This document shows positions 19,750-28,643 of a DNA stretch of 50,686 bases, piece after piece (within the stretch, counting starts at the first letter, position 1; each line of letters opens with the position of its first letter). Source of the stretch: a virus. Its lineage: Duplodnaviria > Caudoviricetes. The position numbers and the translations under genes were made by a program. The stretch covers positions 1-50,686 of IMG/VR virus record IMGVR_UViG_3300020336_000224; one strand, written 5' to 3'. Under the pieces are notes generated by a model. It had not been told where the DNA came from. It saw nothing but the letters and a program-made list of their open reading frames with translations, and made no database searches.

Positions 19750-20841
19750 CTAATGCCCAGAATTGGCTTTCATAGTAAAATTAATTGTAATATCTTTTAT
19801 TTTATCTTCTAAAGATTCTACTAAATTATTTTGTGCAGTTAATCTATGTTGTAAAGAATATTGTGCAACAGTACCTTCGTAACAAAATATGTTTGATAGA
19901 TTTATTAATGTTTTTAAATTTGGATCTAGGTAATCTACTAAATTAGTTTCATTTAACAAATTTGTGTTTATAAACTTGTATTTTATCTTTTCTTTTTTTG
20001 TTAGTTTCTCTTCCCAATAATCTAATGCACGTTGATTGTAATCAAAAAGTATGACGGTTCCTTCTTCAATTAAGTCTAAGTAAAGAGTGCCACTAGCTGG
20101 TATGACGATTTGCTGATACTTTTCTGTGATACCAGTAGACCATTCTGTGTTGTCTGTATGTACAAATTCGTCTTTACAAAAGTCTAATTTTTCTTTTATA
20201 AAATGAAGATGCTTGTAAAAGTCTTTTTCGCTTTCGGGATAATAGTGGCGTTTGTTATTTCTAATATCTTTACCAAAAACTATTACACGTAGGTTATTTT
20301 CAAATGCCACTCTAAGTAAATTCCACCCATGACATTTGTGTTTATATTTTACATATTTGACGCCTTTTTCTAATTTAATTGGTGTATAATCGTCGTGTAT
20401 ATTGCTTTTACTGCGTTTAGGAGATACCTGGGTGTGTTGTACGTCTTTTTGTAAATAACCTACTGTAGGGCTTTGTAATGCGTTATAAGACGCCATATTA
20501 ACCACATAACACTGATGATGTAGCTCGTAATATGCATCATATTTACTGCGATCCAAAATATGTCCAGCTACAAAAAAGTCTTTGTTTATAAGTTTGTTTA
20601 GTGCTTCAAAAAATGCAAATCCATTTAAAAACTCAGTTCCGGGACTCATTACTACAGCATAGTCGTAATTGGTTGCGTTCTGTAGTAAACTATTTTCATC
20701 TTTATCTACTATTACGTCATATCCTTTAATATGTAAATTAGAAATAGTAAAGTCTAATATATTACGTATAGTAGTTTTTATTTCCTCATTTGCATATGAG
20801 TCTATATCATCTATAATGCAAAACAGTATTTTATTTTTCAC
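19750..20841 (-). CDS. Hypothetical protein (possible glycosyltransferase/methyltransferase-like)
   Basis: Long ORF with GTG start overlapping upstream stop; HDDYTP and NLSNIF motifs; function not recognisable. Confidence 0.55.
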   Translation of the reverse strand: MKNKILFCIIDDIDSYANEEIKTTIRNILDFTISNLHIKGYDVIVDKDENSLLQNATNYDYAVVMSPGTEFLNGFAFFEALNKLINKDFFVAGHILDRSKYDAYYELHHQCYVVNMASYNALQSPTVGYLQKDVQHTQVSPKRSKSNIHDDYTPIKLEKGVKYVKYKHKCHGWNLLRVAFENNLRVIVFGKDIRNNKRHYYPESEKDFYKHLHFIKEKLDFCKDEFVHTDNTEWSTGITEKYQQIVIPASGTLYLDLIEEGTVILFDYNQRALDYWEEKLTKKEKIKYKFINTNLLNETNLVDYLDPNLKTLINLSNIFCYEGTVAQYSLQHRLTAQNNLVESLEDKIKDITINFTMKANSGH

Positions 20842-21496
20842 ACTGTTTCCTATAACTTCTTGCAACTAATTCTACAAAATCATCCTTACGGTTACCTGGG
20901 ATACCGTGAGCAATTAAATGTATTCTTGGTATAGACGAGTTGTTTACGAAACTATGAACATTTCTAATGTTAATAATAAATGCTTTACCTTCTTTAAACG
21001 GTACAGTACCATGTCCTTCTAAAGTCATATCACAGTTGTCAGGGTGTACTAATGCAATATTAATAGGTACACCAAAATCTAACATATCTAAATTATCTTC
21101 TCCGGGCAATCTTCCAGGAGCATCACTGTGAGGATTAATTTTACCGTTAGGTTCTAATTCCATAAAACGTATTCGTCTATAGCTTTCATAAGGAAAGTCT
21201 TCCCAAAACTTTTTTATATTTGGAGTATGTTCACTAATACTAGTCCACTTGTACGGAACATCTTTTTCGCTAGTCCAGTCTCCGTAATTAGTCCATGCAC
21301 CTGTTTTATCAACATCAATACCATGTATGCAACTACTATTCCAACCTGGATGATCGTTGCCTCTATGATTAAAGAAATGAGCTGCACTAGTTTCTTTCTT
21401 CCAAGCGTCTAAATTGAATTCAATATCTAACTCTAACCAGCCAAAGTCAGACTTATTTAATAACCAGTCTGCTATTTCAAAATCGTGTTTATTCAT
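20831..21496 (-). CDS. Aspartyl/asparaginyl beta-hydroxylase-like 2OG oxygenase
   Basis: RIRFMELEPNGKINPHSD...VHSFVN...RIHLI. Confidence 0.8.
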   Translation of the reverse strand: MNKHDFEIADWLLNKSDFGWLELDIEFNLDAWKKETSAAHFFNHRGNDHPGWNSSCIHGIDVDKTGAWTNYGDWTSEKDVPYKWTSISEHTPNIKKFWEDFPYESYRRIRFMELEPNGKINPHSDAPGRLPGEDNLDMLDFGVPINIALVHPDNCDMTLEGHGTVPFKEGKAFIINIRNVHSFVNNSSIPRIHLIAHGIPGNRKDDFVELVARSYRKQCEK

Positions 21497-21518
21497 GCTA
21501 AAATGCCTCTCATATACA

Positions 21519-21547
21519 TACTTATCCATTATGTGCGTATATAAATA
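21519..21547. promoter_or_regulatory. Divergent late-like promoters (TATAAATA on +, TAAGTA on -)
   Basis: TATAAATA 21540-21547 is the exact T4 late consensus, 5 nt before ATG 21553; TAAGTA 21519-21524 (-) 5 nt before ATG 21513. Confidence 0.65.
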
Positions 21548-21552
21548 ATTAT

Positions 21553-22479
21553 ATGAAACACTGTTCAGCTTTCTGGAATCATACTAACCTACGAAGCGGT
21601 AATCGTATATTTCCTTGTTGCAGATTTAAAAATCCTATACAGACGTTTGATGGCGATGTAAGTACTATATTGCATAGTGATCAATATGAAAAACTAAGAA
21701 ATACAGATGTATCTACATTATCTGAATGTTCTAAATGTATGCATGAAGAAGATAATGGTAAAGAAAGTCTTAGGCAACAGTTTAATAAAATTTATGATAC
21801 TAATAATATAAAATTACAATACTTTGAAATAGGGTTTGATAATATATGCGACTTAGCATGTGACGGTTGTTGGAGTGAATGGAGTCATACATGGGCATTA
21901 AAAGACAATCCAGATGCAACTCCTAAACAAGTTATAGTAAGTACAGAAGAACTATGTAATATACCAGATAGTGTAAACAAAATATTATTTTTAGGTGGCG
22001 AACCATTAATGACAAGTCGCCATAGAAAATTTTTACAAACTGTAAAAAACTTAGAAAATTTAGAAGTCATATATAATACAAATGGTATGCATAGTCTACA
22101 ACAAGAAGATTATAACTTATTAAACAAGTGTAAAAAAGTAAAATTTATAGTAAGTATTGACGGGTATGCTAAATTAAATGAAGCTGTAAGATCAAACAGT
22201 GTTTGGAGCAAAGTTGTAAATAATGTAAATGAATTTATAAAAAAGTTTGATGTTGTAATACATACTACAATACATAAAAATAATTGGCACGGATTGCCAG
22301 AATTGCATAAATGGATAGCTGATAATAAGTTTAATTGGTCAACTAACGTTTTGACATATCCACCTCGTCTTGATGTTAAAGATTTAGATTATAATAGTAA
22401 GGTTGCATTTACACTTATGTTAGATGAGTTTGATATACCTAACGCAACATATATAAAGGAGCATATAAGTGTTAACTAA
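21553..22479 (+). CDS. Radical SAM protein with N-terminal twitch domain
   Basis: CSAFW...FPCC...CSKC, CDLACDGC, LGGEPL, YNTNG. Confidence 0.9.
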   Translation: MKHCSAFWNHTNLRSGNRIFPCCRFKNPIQTFDGDVSTILHSDQYEKLRNTDVSTLSECSKCMHEEDNGKESLRQQFNKIYDTNNIKLQYFEIGFDNICDLACDGCWSEWSHTWALKDNPDATPKQVIVSTEELCNIPDSVNKILFLGGEPLMTSRHRKFLQTVKNLENLEVIYNTNGMHSLQQEDYNLLNKCKKVKFIVSIDGYAKLNEAVRSNSVWSKVVNNVNEFIKKFDVVIHTTIHKNNWHGLPELHKWIADNKFNWSTNVLTYPPRLDVKDLDYNSKVAFTLMLDEFDIPNATYIKEHISVN

Positions 22480-23014
22480 AAGTTCAATACCTGTAACATG
22501 GAACGAAGAATGGAAAACGTTTGATTGGAAAGAAACATTAATGACTAATGAGATTCCTAAAGACGATATTTGGGACACTCCTGCAACACGTAAAAAATTA
22601 GAATTAGAAGAAATGTACGCTAAAATGAATATTTCTAGCGAATGCACTAAACACTACATGAGTATCCGTCCGCCGCTTACAGAAGGCTTAAAAGTAGTCT
22701 TAGACACATATAAAACAGTAGATCATAATTATAACTTTTTAAAACTTACAGCCGGACACAACCTAATAAAACATTACGATAGCTATGCAACATTTATAAA
22801 ATTTAACAATATACCTGAAAAAGATCATGATAACATAAAACGTACTATTGTTATGATGACTGATTGGTCTTTTGGACAAATGTTTCAAGTTGAAAATTCT
22901 ATTGAAACACATTGGAAAGTAGGCACAACTTATACATGGCAAGGGGAAGCATGGCACGGATTGGGTAATTTTGGTTTTGATGATTGTGTAGTAATGCAGG
23001 TAACATGGTTATGA
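22469..23014 (+). CDS. Fe(II)/2OG oxygenase-like protein
   Basis: LIKHYD...FGQ...WHGLGN...MQVT. Confidence 0.65.
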   Translation: MLTKSSIPVTWNEEWKTFDWKETLMTNEIPKDDIWDTPATRKKLELEEMYAKMNISSECTKHYMSIRPPLTEGLKVVLDTYKTVDHNYNFLKLTAGHNLIKHYDSYATFIKFNNIPEKDHDNIKRTIVMMTDWSFGQMFQVENSIETHWKVGTTYTWQGEAWHGLGNFGFDDCVVMQVTWL

Positions 23015-23913
23015 GCAAATTTGAATACGATAAACGAGATATGAAATTTGGACACAGTGCCGCTGTTCACGACAATGAAGTAATAGATCATATTCGTAAT
23101 TTTACCCCTGATGCATACAATGTATTACAAACAGATAATAACGAGTACATCAAAACATTTTTAAACTGGATTAAGCAATCTAAAAATCATACTATACTAG
23201 GTTTAGATCAATTTAAACATGCAGTATATTCTAATGGTACAACTGAAGGCTTTGAAAAATTTTATTGGAATAATCAAAGCAGAAGGTTCCGTTGTTTTAA
23301 AGGCGAATACTTATACCATAAACTAGCATGGCGTGATTGGGATTGGGATTTTTTAGAAGATGATAGGTTAGATAAAAACGATGCTGTAGTTATTAGTTTA
23401 CCATTTGCTGATACAGGTTGTAAACATAAACAAATGGATTTTATATTACATAATTGTAGTGCAATGGGGATTCCTGTATTAATTGATGCTTGTTACTTTG
23501 GTATTAGTTCAGGAGTAGAATTTAACTTTAATCACGAATGTATTACTGATATAACATTTAGTTTGAGTAAAGTATTTCCAGTGGCTCATGCTAGAATAGG
23601 TTTAAGATTAACAAGAGAAGACACTGACGATCTACTACTTGTTTATCACAAGCATAGTTATAACAACAGGTATGGCGCACAACTTGGAATACATTTAATG
23701 GCAGAGTTTACTGCTGATTATATGTTTAACAAGTATAGAGACAAACAACTTGAACTTTGTAAAATTTTAGATGTTTGTGCTAGTGATACTGTTATATTTG
23801 GAATAGGTGACAATCGATGGAAAGAATACAACAGAGGAACAGATACTAATAGGCTAGGTTTTCAAAATTATCTACACAAGTCATTAGAGGAATTTAATGA
23901 AAAAAAAGATTAA
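23011..23913 (+). CDS. PLP-dependent (fold I) aminotransferase/decarboxylase-like enzyme
   Basis: NGTTEG, VLIDACY, FSLSK (PLP lysine), ARIG. Confidence 0.75.
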   Translation: MSKFEYDKRDMKFGHSAAVHDNEVIDHIRNFTPDAYNVLQTDNNEYIKTFLNWIKQSKNHTILGLDQFKHAVYSNGTTEGFEKFYWNNQSRRFRCFKGEYLYHKLAWRDWDWDFLEDDRLDKNDAVVISLPFADTGCKHKQMDFILHNCSAMGIPVLIDACYFGISSGVEFNFNHECITDITFSLSKVFPVAHARIGLRLTREDTDDLLLVYHKHSYNNRYGAQLGIHLMAEFTADYMFNKYRDKQLELCKILDVCASDTVIFGIGDNRWKEYNRGTDTNRLGFQNYLHKSLEEFNEKKD

Positions 23914-24727
23914 ATTCTTACAGTTTTATATAGGCAACGTCTGTAACCTTGCTTGTCCTAACTGTGCTAGTTTTAACAACTATGCATTTAAAGGACAATT
24001 TGATTGGTTTAGTAATAAAGAAAATGCTCATCTATGGAGTAAAATATTAGATCCAAACGAAGTTGCTATAATAGGCGGAGAACCTTTTACTAATCCTGAT
24101 TTAGATAATTGGGTTTACGGGCTACTTGAAAGTTATACACCAAATGATTTTAGAATTACAACTAACGGCACATTTCTTAAACGTGATATAGAACGTGTTT
24201 TAGATTATACTAGTAAAGGTGTTAACATAGAAATAAGTTCTCATTCGAAATCTCATTATGCCGAACACAATTTGTTTATTAAAAAATATTTTCCTAATAA
24301 AGAAATACTAGATGATTGTATAAAATACACTAACAGCAATAAAGGCTTTATTGAAGTTAGAGATGCAACTAATTTTTTTAATATATGTGTTAAAGGTATT
24401 GAAGACAAAACATTTATAATGAATAATAGCAATCCAAAAGATGCCCATGATGTGTGTCCTGTTAAAGATTGTCATTATATAGTTGAAGGGAAACTATATC
24501 AATGTGTAGTAACAGCAACAACTCCTATGTTTGCACAACAATTTAAAGTTGATGAGCATAGTAAACAAATTATCAACCAAACAAAAAGTGTTTTACCAAC
24601 AGATTCAAATAGTGCAATAAATATGTTTTTAGATAAGATTGACAAGCCCTGTATACAATGTACATTATGTCCTGATACTATAGAATTAAATAATTTTACA
24701 TTACCTAGAAAGAAAGTAAAAATATGA
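23897..24727 (+). CDS. Radical SAM protein
   Basis: CNLACPNC, IGGEP, TTNG, C-terminal Cys cluster CIQCTLC. Confidence 0.88.
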   Translation: MKKKIKFLQFYIGNVCNLACPNCASFNNYAFKGQFDWFSNKENAHLWSKILDPNEVAIIGGEPFTNPDLDNWVYGLLESYTPNDFRITTNGTFLKRDIERVLDYTSKGVNIEISSHSKSHYAEHNLFIKKYFPNKEILDDCIKYTNSNKGFIEVRDATNFFNICVKGIEDKTFIMNNSNPKDAHDVCPVKDCHYIVEGKLYQCVVTATTPMFAQQFKVDEHSKQIINQTKSVLPTDSNSAINMFLDKIDKPCIQCTLCPDTIELNNFTLPRKKVKI

Positions 24728-25221
24728 AACATTTAACTCCACATTGGAAACAAGAAGATTTAGAAAACATTATAGTAGAACAAGCACCTGACCCATCTAT
24801 TGGTTATTCTGTAGAACCTGGCATTGACATAGACAAATATAAACATTTAGTTTCTGCTGGTGTGTATAGGGGACTACCTAATTTTTTTAATAAAGATATT
24901 TTAGAAAAAGAGTTCAATTGGATTGATCATAAAGGGTATGCAATTCATAAAATGTTACCAGGTTCTATACTTCCTCTGCATAGAGACAAGTATGCATTTT
25001 ATGCTAATCATCATAATGTAACAAACTTTGATACTATAGTAAGAGTAATAGTTTTTTTACAAGATCACAAACTTGGGCATACGCTACAAGTTGAAGATTG
25101 TAATATACCGCAATGGAATGCAGGCGATTACGTTTATTGGAAAGGAAAGAAAGCACACTTAGCCGCAAACTTTGGCGCAGACATACGCTATACTTTACAA
25201 ATAACAGGCTTAGTAAGGTAG
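24724..25221 (+). CDS. Fe(II)/2OG oxygenase-like protein
   Basis: PGSILPLHRD...LGH...AHLAAN...RYTLQIT. Confidence 0.7.
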   Translation: MKHLTPHWKQEDLENIIVEQAPDPSIGYSVEPGIDIDKYKHLVSAGVYRGLPNFFNKDILEKEFNWIDHKGYAIHKMLPGSILPLHRDKYAFYANHHNVTNFDTIVRVIVFLQDHKLGHTLQVEDCNIPQWNAGDYVYWKGKKAHLAANFGADIRYTLQITGLVR

Positions 25222-25284
25222 CCAGATCTACCCATATTTTATAGAAAAAAATTTAAATATTTTTGATATACACAAGGAGATAAT

Positions 25285-26340
25285 ATGATACGCTCTCACA
25301 ACGACTGGGATCCATTAGAAGAAATAATTGTAGGTACAGCAGACTATGCAACACTACCTACAATGAATAAAAGTGTACAGGCATTTAGTTATGCTGAATA
25401 TACTCTTGAAGAATTAAAAAGTTTAGAAGGCCCCCATGAACAGCGTATTAGAGATGAAGCAAACGAAGACTTAGATAAGTTATCTAAAACACTTGTAGAT
25501 TTAGGAGTTAAAGTTCATCGTCCAAAAAGTGTAAATCATGAAAAAACATTTAGTTCTCCTGATTGGGAAACAACTGGTTGGTATACATTTTGTCCTAGAG
25601 ACTTATTACTTCCTTTAGATAATCTTGTTCTTGAAGCCGCAAGTCCAGGTCGTTGTAGACAATATGAAACAAGAGCGTATTACAATTACTTGTATCAGCA
25701 AGTAGAAGAAGGAGTAGAATGGATTAAAGCACCATCGCCTATCTTATTAGATGACTTATATCAAGTAGAAGATCTCAAAAAACCTACAGTAAAAAATAAT
25801 GAAATTATTTGGGAAGCACCTAATGTAGTACGTTTAGGTAAGGATTTATTATATCAAGTTAGTAACACTGGCACACTTAAAGGTTATCAATGGATGAAAA
25901 ACATTGTTGAAAAGCGTGGATATAAGTTACACCTTGCAGAAGGATTTTACTTCTTTGCACATTTTGATAGTACTGTTATACCATTACGTCCTGGATTAGT
26001 TATGCTTAATGCTGAAAGATTAAACGAAAATCACTATCCGCAAATATTTAAAGATTGGGACAAAATTTGGGTAACAGGAGATATGATGTATACTGCTCCA
26101 ACTGAATTACCTGGAGGTATTCCTCCTTGTTCACCTTGGATTGGCATGAACATGCTAAGTGTAAGTCCTGAACTTGTAATAATTGATGAAGATCAAGATA
26201 CTATGCGAAGTGTATTAAGTAAGTATGGTATTGAAACAATTGGCTTACCTCAACGACAAGCTCGTACTATGAGCGGTGGCTTTCATTGCCAAACACTTGA
26301 TGTTAAAAGAAAAGGAACATTGGAGAATTACTTTGACTGA
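25285..26340 (+). CDS. Amidinotransferase (glycine / inosamine-phosphate StrB1-like)
   Basis: NDWDPLEEIIVG, CPRD, HFDST, SPWIGMN, GGFHC; AAGGAG SD; TAAATA at 25254-25259. Confidence 0.9.
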   Translation: MIRSHNDWDPLEEIIVGTADYATLPTMNKSVQAFSYAEYTLEELKSLEGPHEQRIRDEANEDLDKLSKTLVDLGVKVHRPKSVNHEKTFSSPDWETTGWYTFCPRDLLLPLDNLVLEAASPGRCRQYETRAYYNYLYQQVEEGVEWIKAPSPILLDDLYQVEDLKKPTVKNNEIIWEAPNVVRLGKDLLYQVSNTGTLKGYQWMKNIVEKRGYKLHLAEGFYFFAHFDSTVIPLRPGLVMLNAERLNENHYPQIFKDWDKIWVTGDMMYTAPTELPGGIPPCSPWIGMNMLSVSPELVIIDEDQDTMRSVLSKYGIETIGLPQRQARTMSGGFHCQTLDVKRKGTLENYFD

Positions 26341-27478
26341 TTTAACACCTTCACAGGAACATTGGGACAATAAAATTTTAAATTATGATTTAGAAAGGTT
26401 CAATTGGCCTGCCTGGGCATTAGAAGTAGTACAAGAAGTTTCGCCACAAGTAAAAGAATTAGAAACATTACATGAAGTATTAACTCCTGCAGAGATTATT
26501 AAAGTAAGTAAACATGTACAAAATGCATGTAGCCGTAAAGATTTTATGGAACGTTTTGATGCATTTGTAGCAGAATATGTGCCTAATCTTATAAACGGAA
26601 AACGTTTTATGGTACAACGTCAAGGAACATTGCGTGTAGTTATACCTAATCAAGAAAAAGTAGGACGCAGACTTGCTTTCCATCAAGGCATTTTTGTTGG
26701 CAATGGCAGAGGGTGTAGAACAATATGGACACCGTTTACAGAAGCACGTGGTACTAATACTATGCAGATTTTAGATTTAGATATTAGTAGAGATATAACA
26801 AAACGTGTACTTGCAGAAAAATGGAGTTTAGAAAAATTTGAAGCTGAATGTATAAAGCACTGTTGGCCCGTTACGTTAAATCCAGGACAAAGTCATTTAT
26901 TTTTTCAAGAACATATTCACGGTAATGTAAATAATATAGAAGGATATACTCGTGTTAGTATGGATATGCGTATCTTATTAGAAGGTGAAGAATGGGGTCG
27001 CAGGCTTCCTGGAGGTTTTATGCGTTTACCGGGTGATTATGAAGTTGCAGATACAAGAGATTATACTGGCAAGTTGTTTATCACTTATGCTGGGTGGAAT
27101 AGTACATTCAGTAAAGATATTCCATTACCTATGCAACGATCACCAATAGATGATTACTGTGTAAAAAATAAAATATCATACAACAGTTATGAATTTGAAA
27201 ATGAACACATGGATTGGCAACCTGGATTAGAACATTATATTAAACAACGCCCAGATGGTATTGTACTATCTAGCATGTATGCACTAACAGATGATACAGA
27301 ACGTAGAAGTGAGCTACTTAATATTGCATTAGAGAATAATGTAGAACTACACTTTGCTAATGAACTTATTGCACTGCGTACAAAAGATGATTTAGAAAAA
27401 ATAGAAACTTATCTAAACTTTGCTGTACCTAAAAAAGGACCTCAAGTTTGGGAAGATGACTGGCCTAATGGAATTTAA
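26333..27478 (+). CDS. StrG/PhyH-like Fe(II)/2OG enzyme with HxG motif fused to a resolvase-like (LIC12192-type) domain
   Basis: TTG start after GGAG; QRQGTLRV...FHQG...IWTP...HIHGN...TRVSMDMR; C-terminal IPLPMQR...DYC...DGIVL...ELHFANE. Confidence 0.7.
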   Translation: MTDLTPSQEHWDNKILNYDLERFNWPAWALEVVQEVSPQVKELETLHEVLTPAEIIKVSKHVQNACSRKDFMERFDAFVAEYVPNLINGKRFMVQRQGTLRVVIPNQEKVGRRLAFHQGIFVGNGRGCRTIWTPFTEARGTNTMQILDLDISRDITKRVLAEKWSLEKFEAECIKHCWPVTLNPGQSHLFFQEHIHGNVNNIEGYTRVSMDMRILLEGEEWGRRLPGGFMRLPGDYEVADTRDYTGKLFITYAGWNSTFSKDIPLPMQRSPIDDYCVKNKISYNSYEFENEHMDWQPGLEHYIKQRPDGIVLSSMYALTDDTERRSELLNIALENNVELHFANELIALRTKDDLEKIETYLNFAVPKKGPQVWEDDWPNGI

Positions 27479-28643
27479 AGGTAGATGTATTAATTTTGAA
27501 TTATGGTTTATAGAAGAAGAAACACAAGACCTAACTCGAATATACACAACACTTGAAGCATTAATTAAACAAGACATTGATAAAGCAGTTCAAGATGGCT
27601 GTAATACCATCATTGGATTACTTCTTTATGAAGGATTTCTTTATAAAAATACTGATGAATTTTATGCATTATTAAAACGTATTGAAGATTACGGTACAAA
27701 TAAAGGTATAATAAAGTTTGAATTAGTATGTGGTATTTGTTGGGATTATCAAGAAGAATTAAACAACAGAAACATTAACTTTAATATAGTAGAGTTTGAC
27801 TATAGTGCAAACGCTATGTTTGAAAGTTATAGTGACTATCCGTTACCACCTTGGAATAGTAAAAGTAACAAATATCTATTTTTAGGCGGAGTACCAAACA
27901 GGACAAATAGAATAACTTTATTAAGTAAGTTTTATGATGCCGGTATGCTTACTGATGGAAAGGCTTCCTGGAGTTTCTTTAAACCTAAAAATTTAATTGA
28001 AGATAATGATTGCAGAAGTTTATTAGATTATAATAAACAACAATACGAAACTTTCATACAGTATGCTGAAAACAAAATAGATAACAAATATTTTAATACT
28101 AAAGAATATAGTTCTGCAAACGGAATAGAATGGAAGCAAAACGCATATTTAGATCAAGAATTTTTTAAAGATCCTAATTATATAGATCAAAAAATATTTA
28201 CAAATACATGTATTAGTGTAATAGCAGAAGGACATGTTTATCCTCCTGCTAATGATTTTAAATTTCTTACTGAAAAAACTTGGAGAGCTGTTGTTAATAG
28301 GCATCCATTTATACTTGCTGATTGCAACGAACGTAAACAGTTTGCTAAAAATAGAGGGTTAGATATATTTGATAATTTTTACACACACGAGTACGATATT
28401 AACAATCTTGATGGAGTTGTATCAAATATAAAACAGTTTATCAAAGTTAAAGATGCACAAGCAGAACGCATACAAGAAGCAACAACTAATAACTTGGTTG
28501 CTTTTTTTAGTATTATAAATAATAATAAGCAACAGTTACAACAACTAAAGTTAAAATATAATTTAACGTCTAAAGAAATTGCTAAATGGTTTGAGCAAAA
28601 AAGTTTTGATCATTTATTTAGGATACCGGAGTATAAGAAATGA
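27456..28643 (+). CDS. Putative glycosyltransferase-like protein (TEK motif)
   Basis: ISVIAE...FLTEKTWRAVVNRHPFIL; paralogue of 3235-4350; start may be 27468. Confidence 0.45.
   Translation: MTGLMEFKGRCINFELWFIEEETQDLTRIYTTLEALIKQDIDKAVQDGCNTIIGLLLYEGFLYKNTDEFYALLKRIEDYGTNKGIIKFELVCGICWDYQEELNNRNINFNIVEFDYSANAMFESYSDYPLPPWNSKSNKYLFLGGVPNRTNRITLLSKFYDAGMLTDGKASWSFFKPKNLIEDNDCRSLLDYNKQQYETFIQYAENKIDNKYFNTKEYSSANGIEWKQNAYLDQEFFKDPNYIDQKIFTNTCISVIAEGHVYPPANDFKFLTEKTWRAVVNRHPFILADCNERKQFAKNRGLDIFDNFYTHEYDINNLDGVVSNIKQFIKVKDAQAERIQEATTNNLVAFFSIINNNKQQLQQLKLKYNLTSKEIAKWFEQKSFDHLFRIPEYKK

Noticed and set aside
25285-26340. Amidinotransferase as archaeosine (G+) synthase
   Set aside because: Pentein-fold Arg amidinotransferase, unrelated to ArcS, QueF-like or Gat-QueC, and far from the que locus
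27060-27478. Serine recombinase call for the resolvase-like C-terminal domain
   Set aside because: Lacks the YxRxS catalytic motif and any DNA-binding domain
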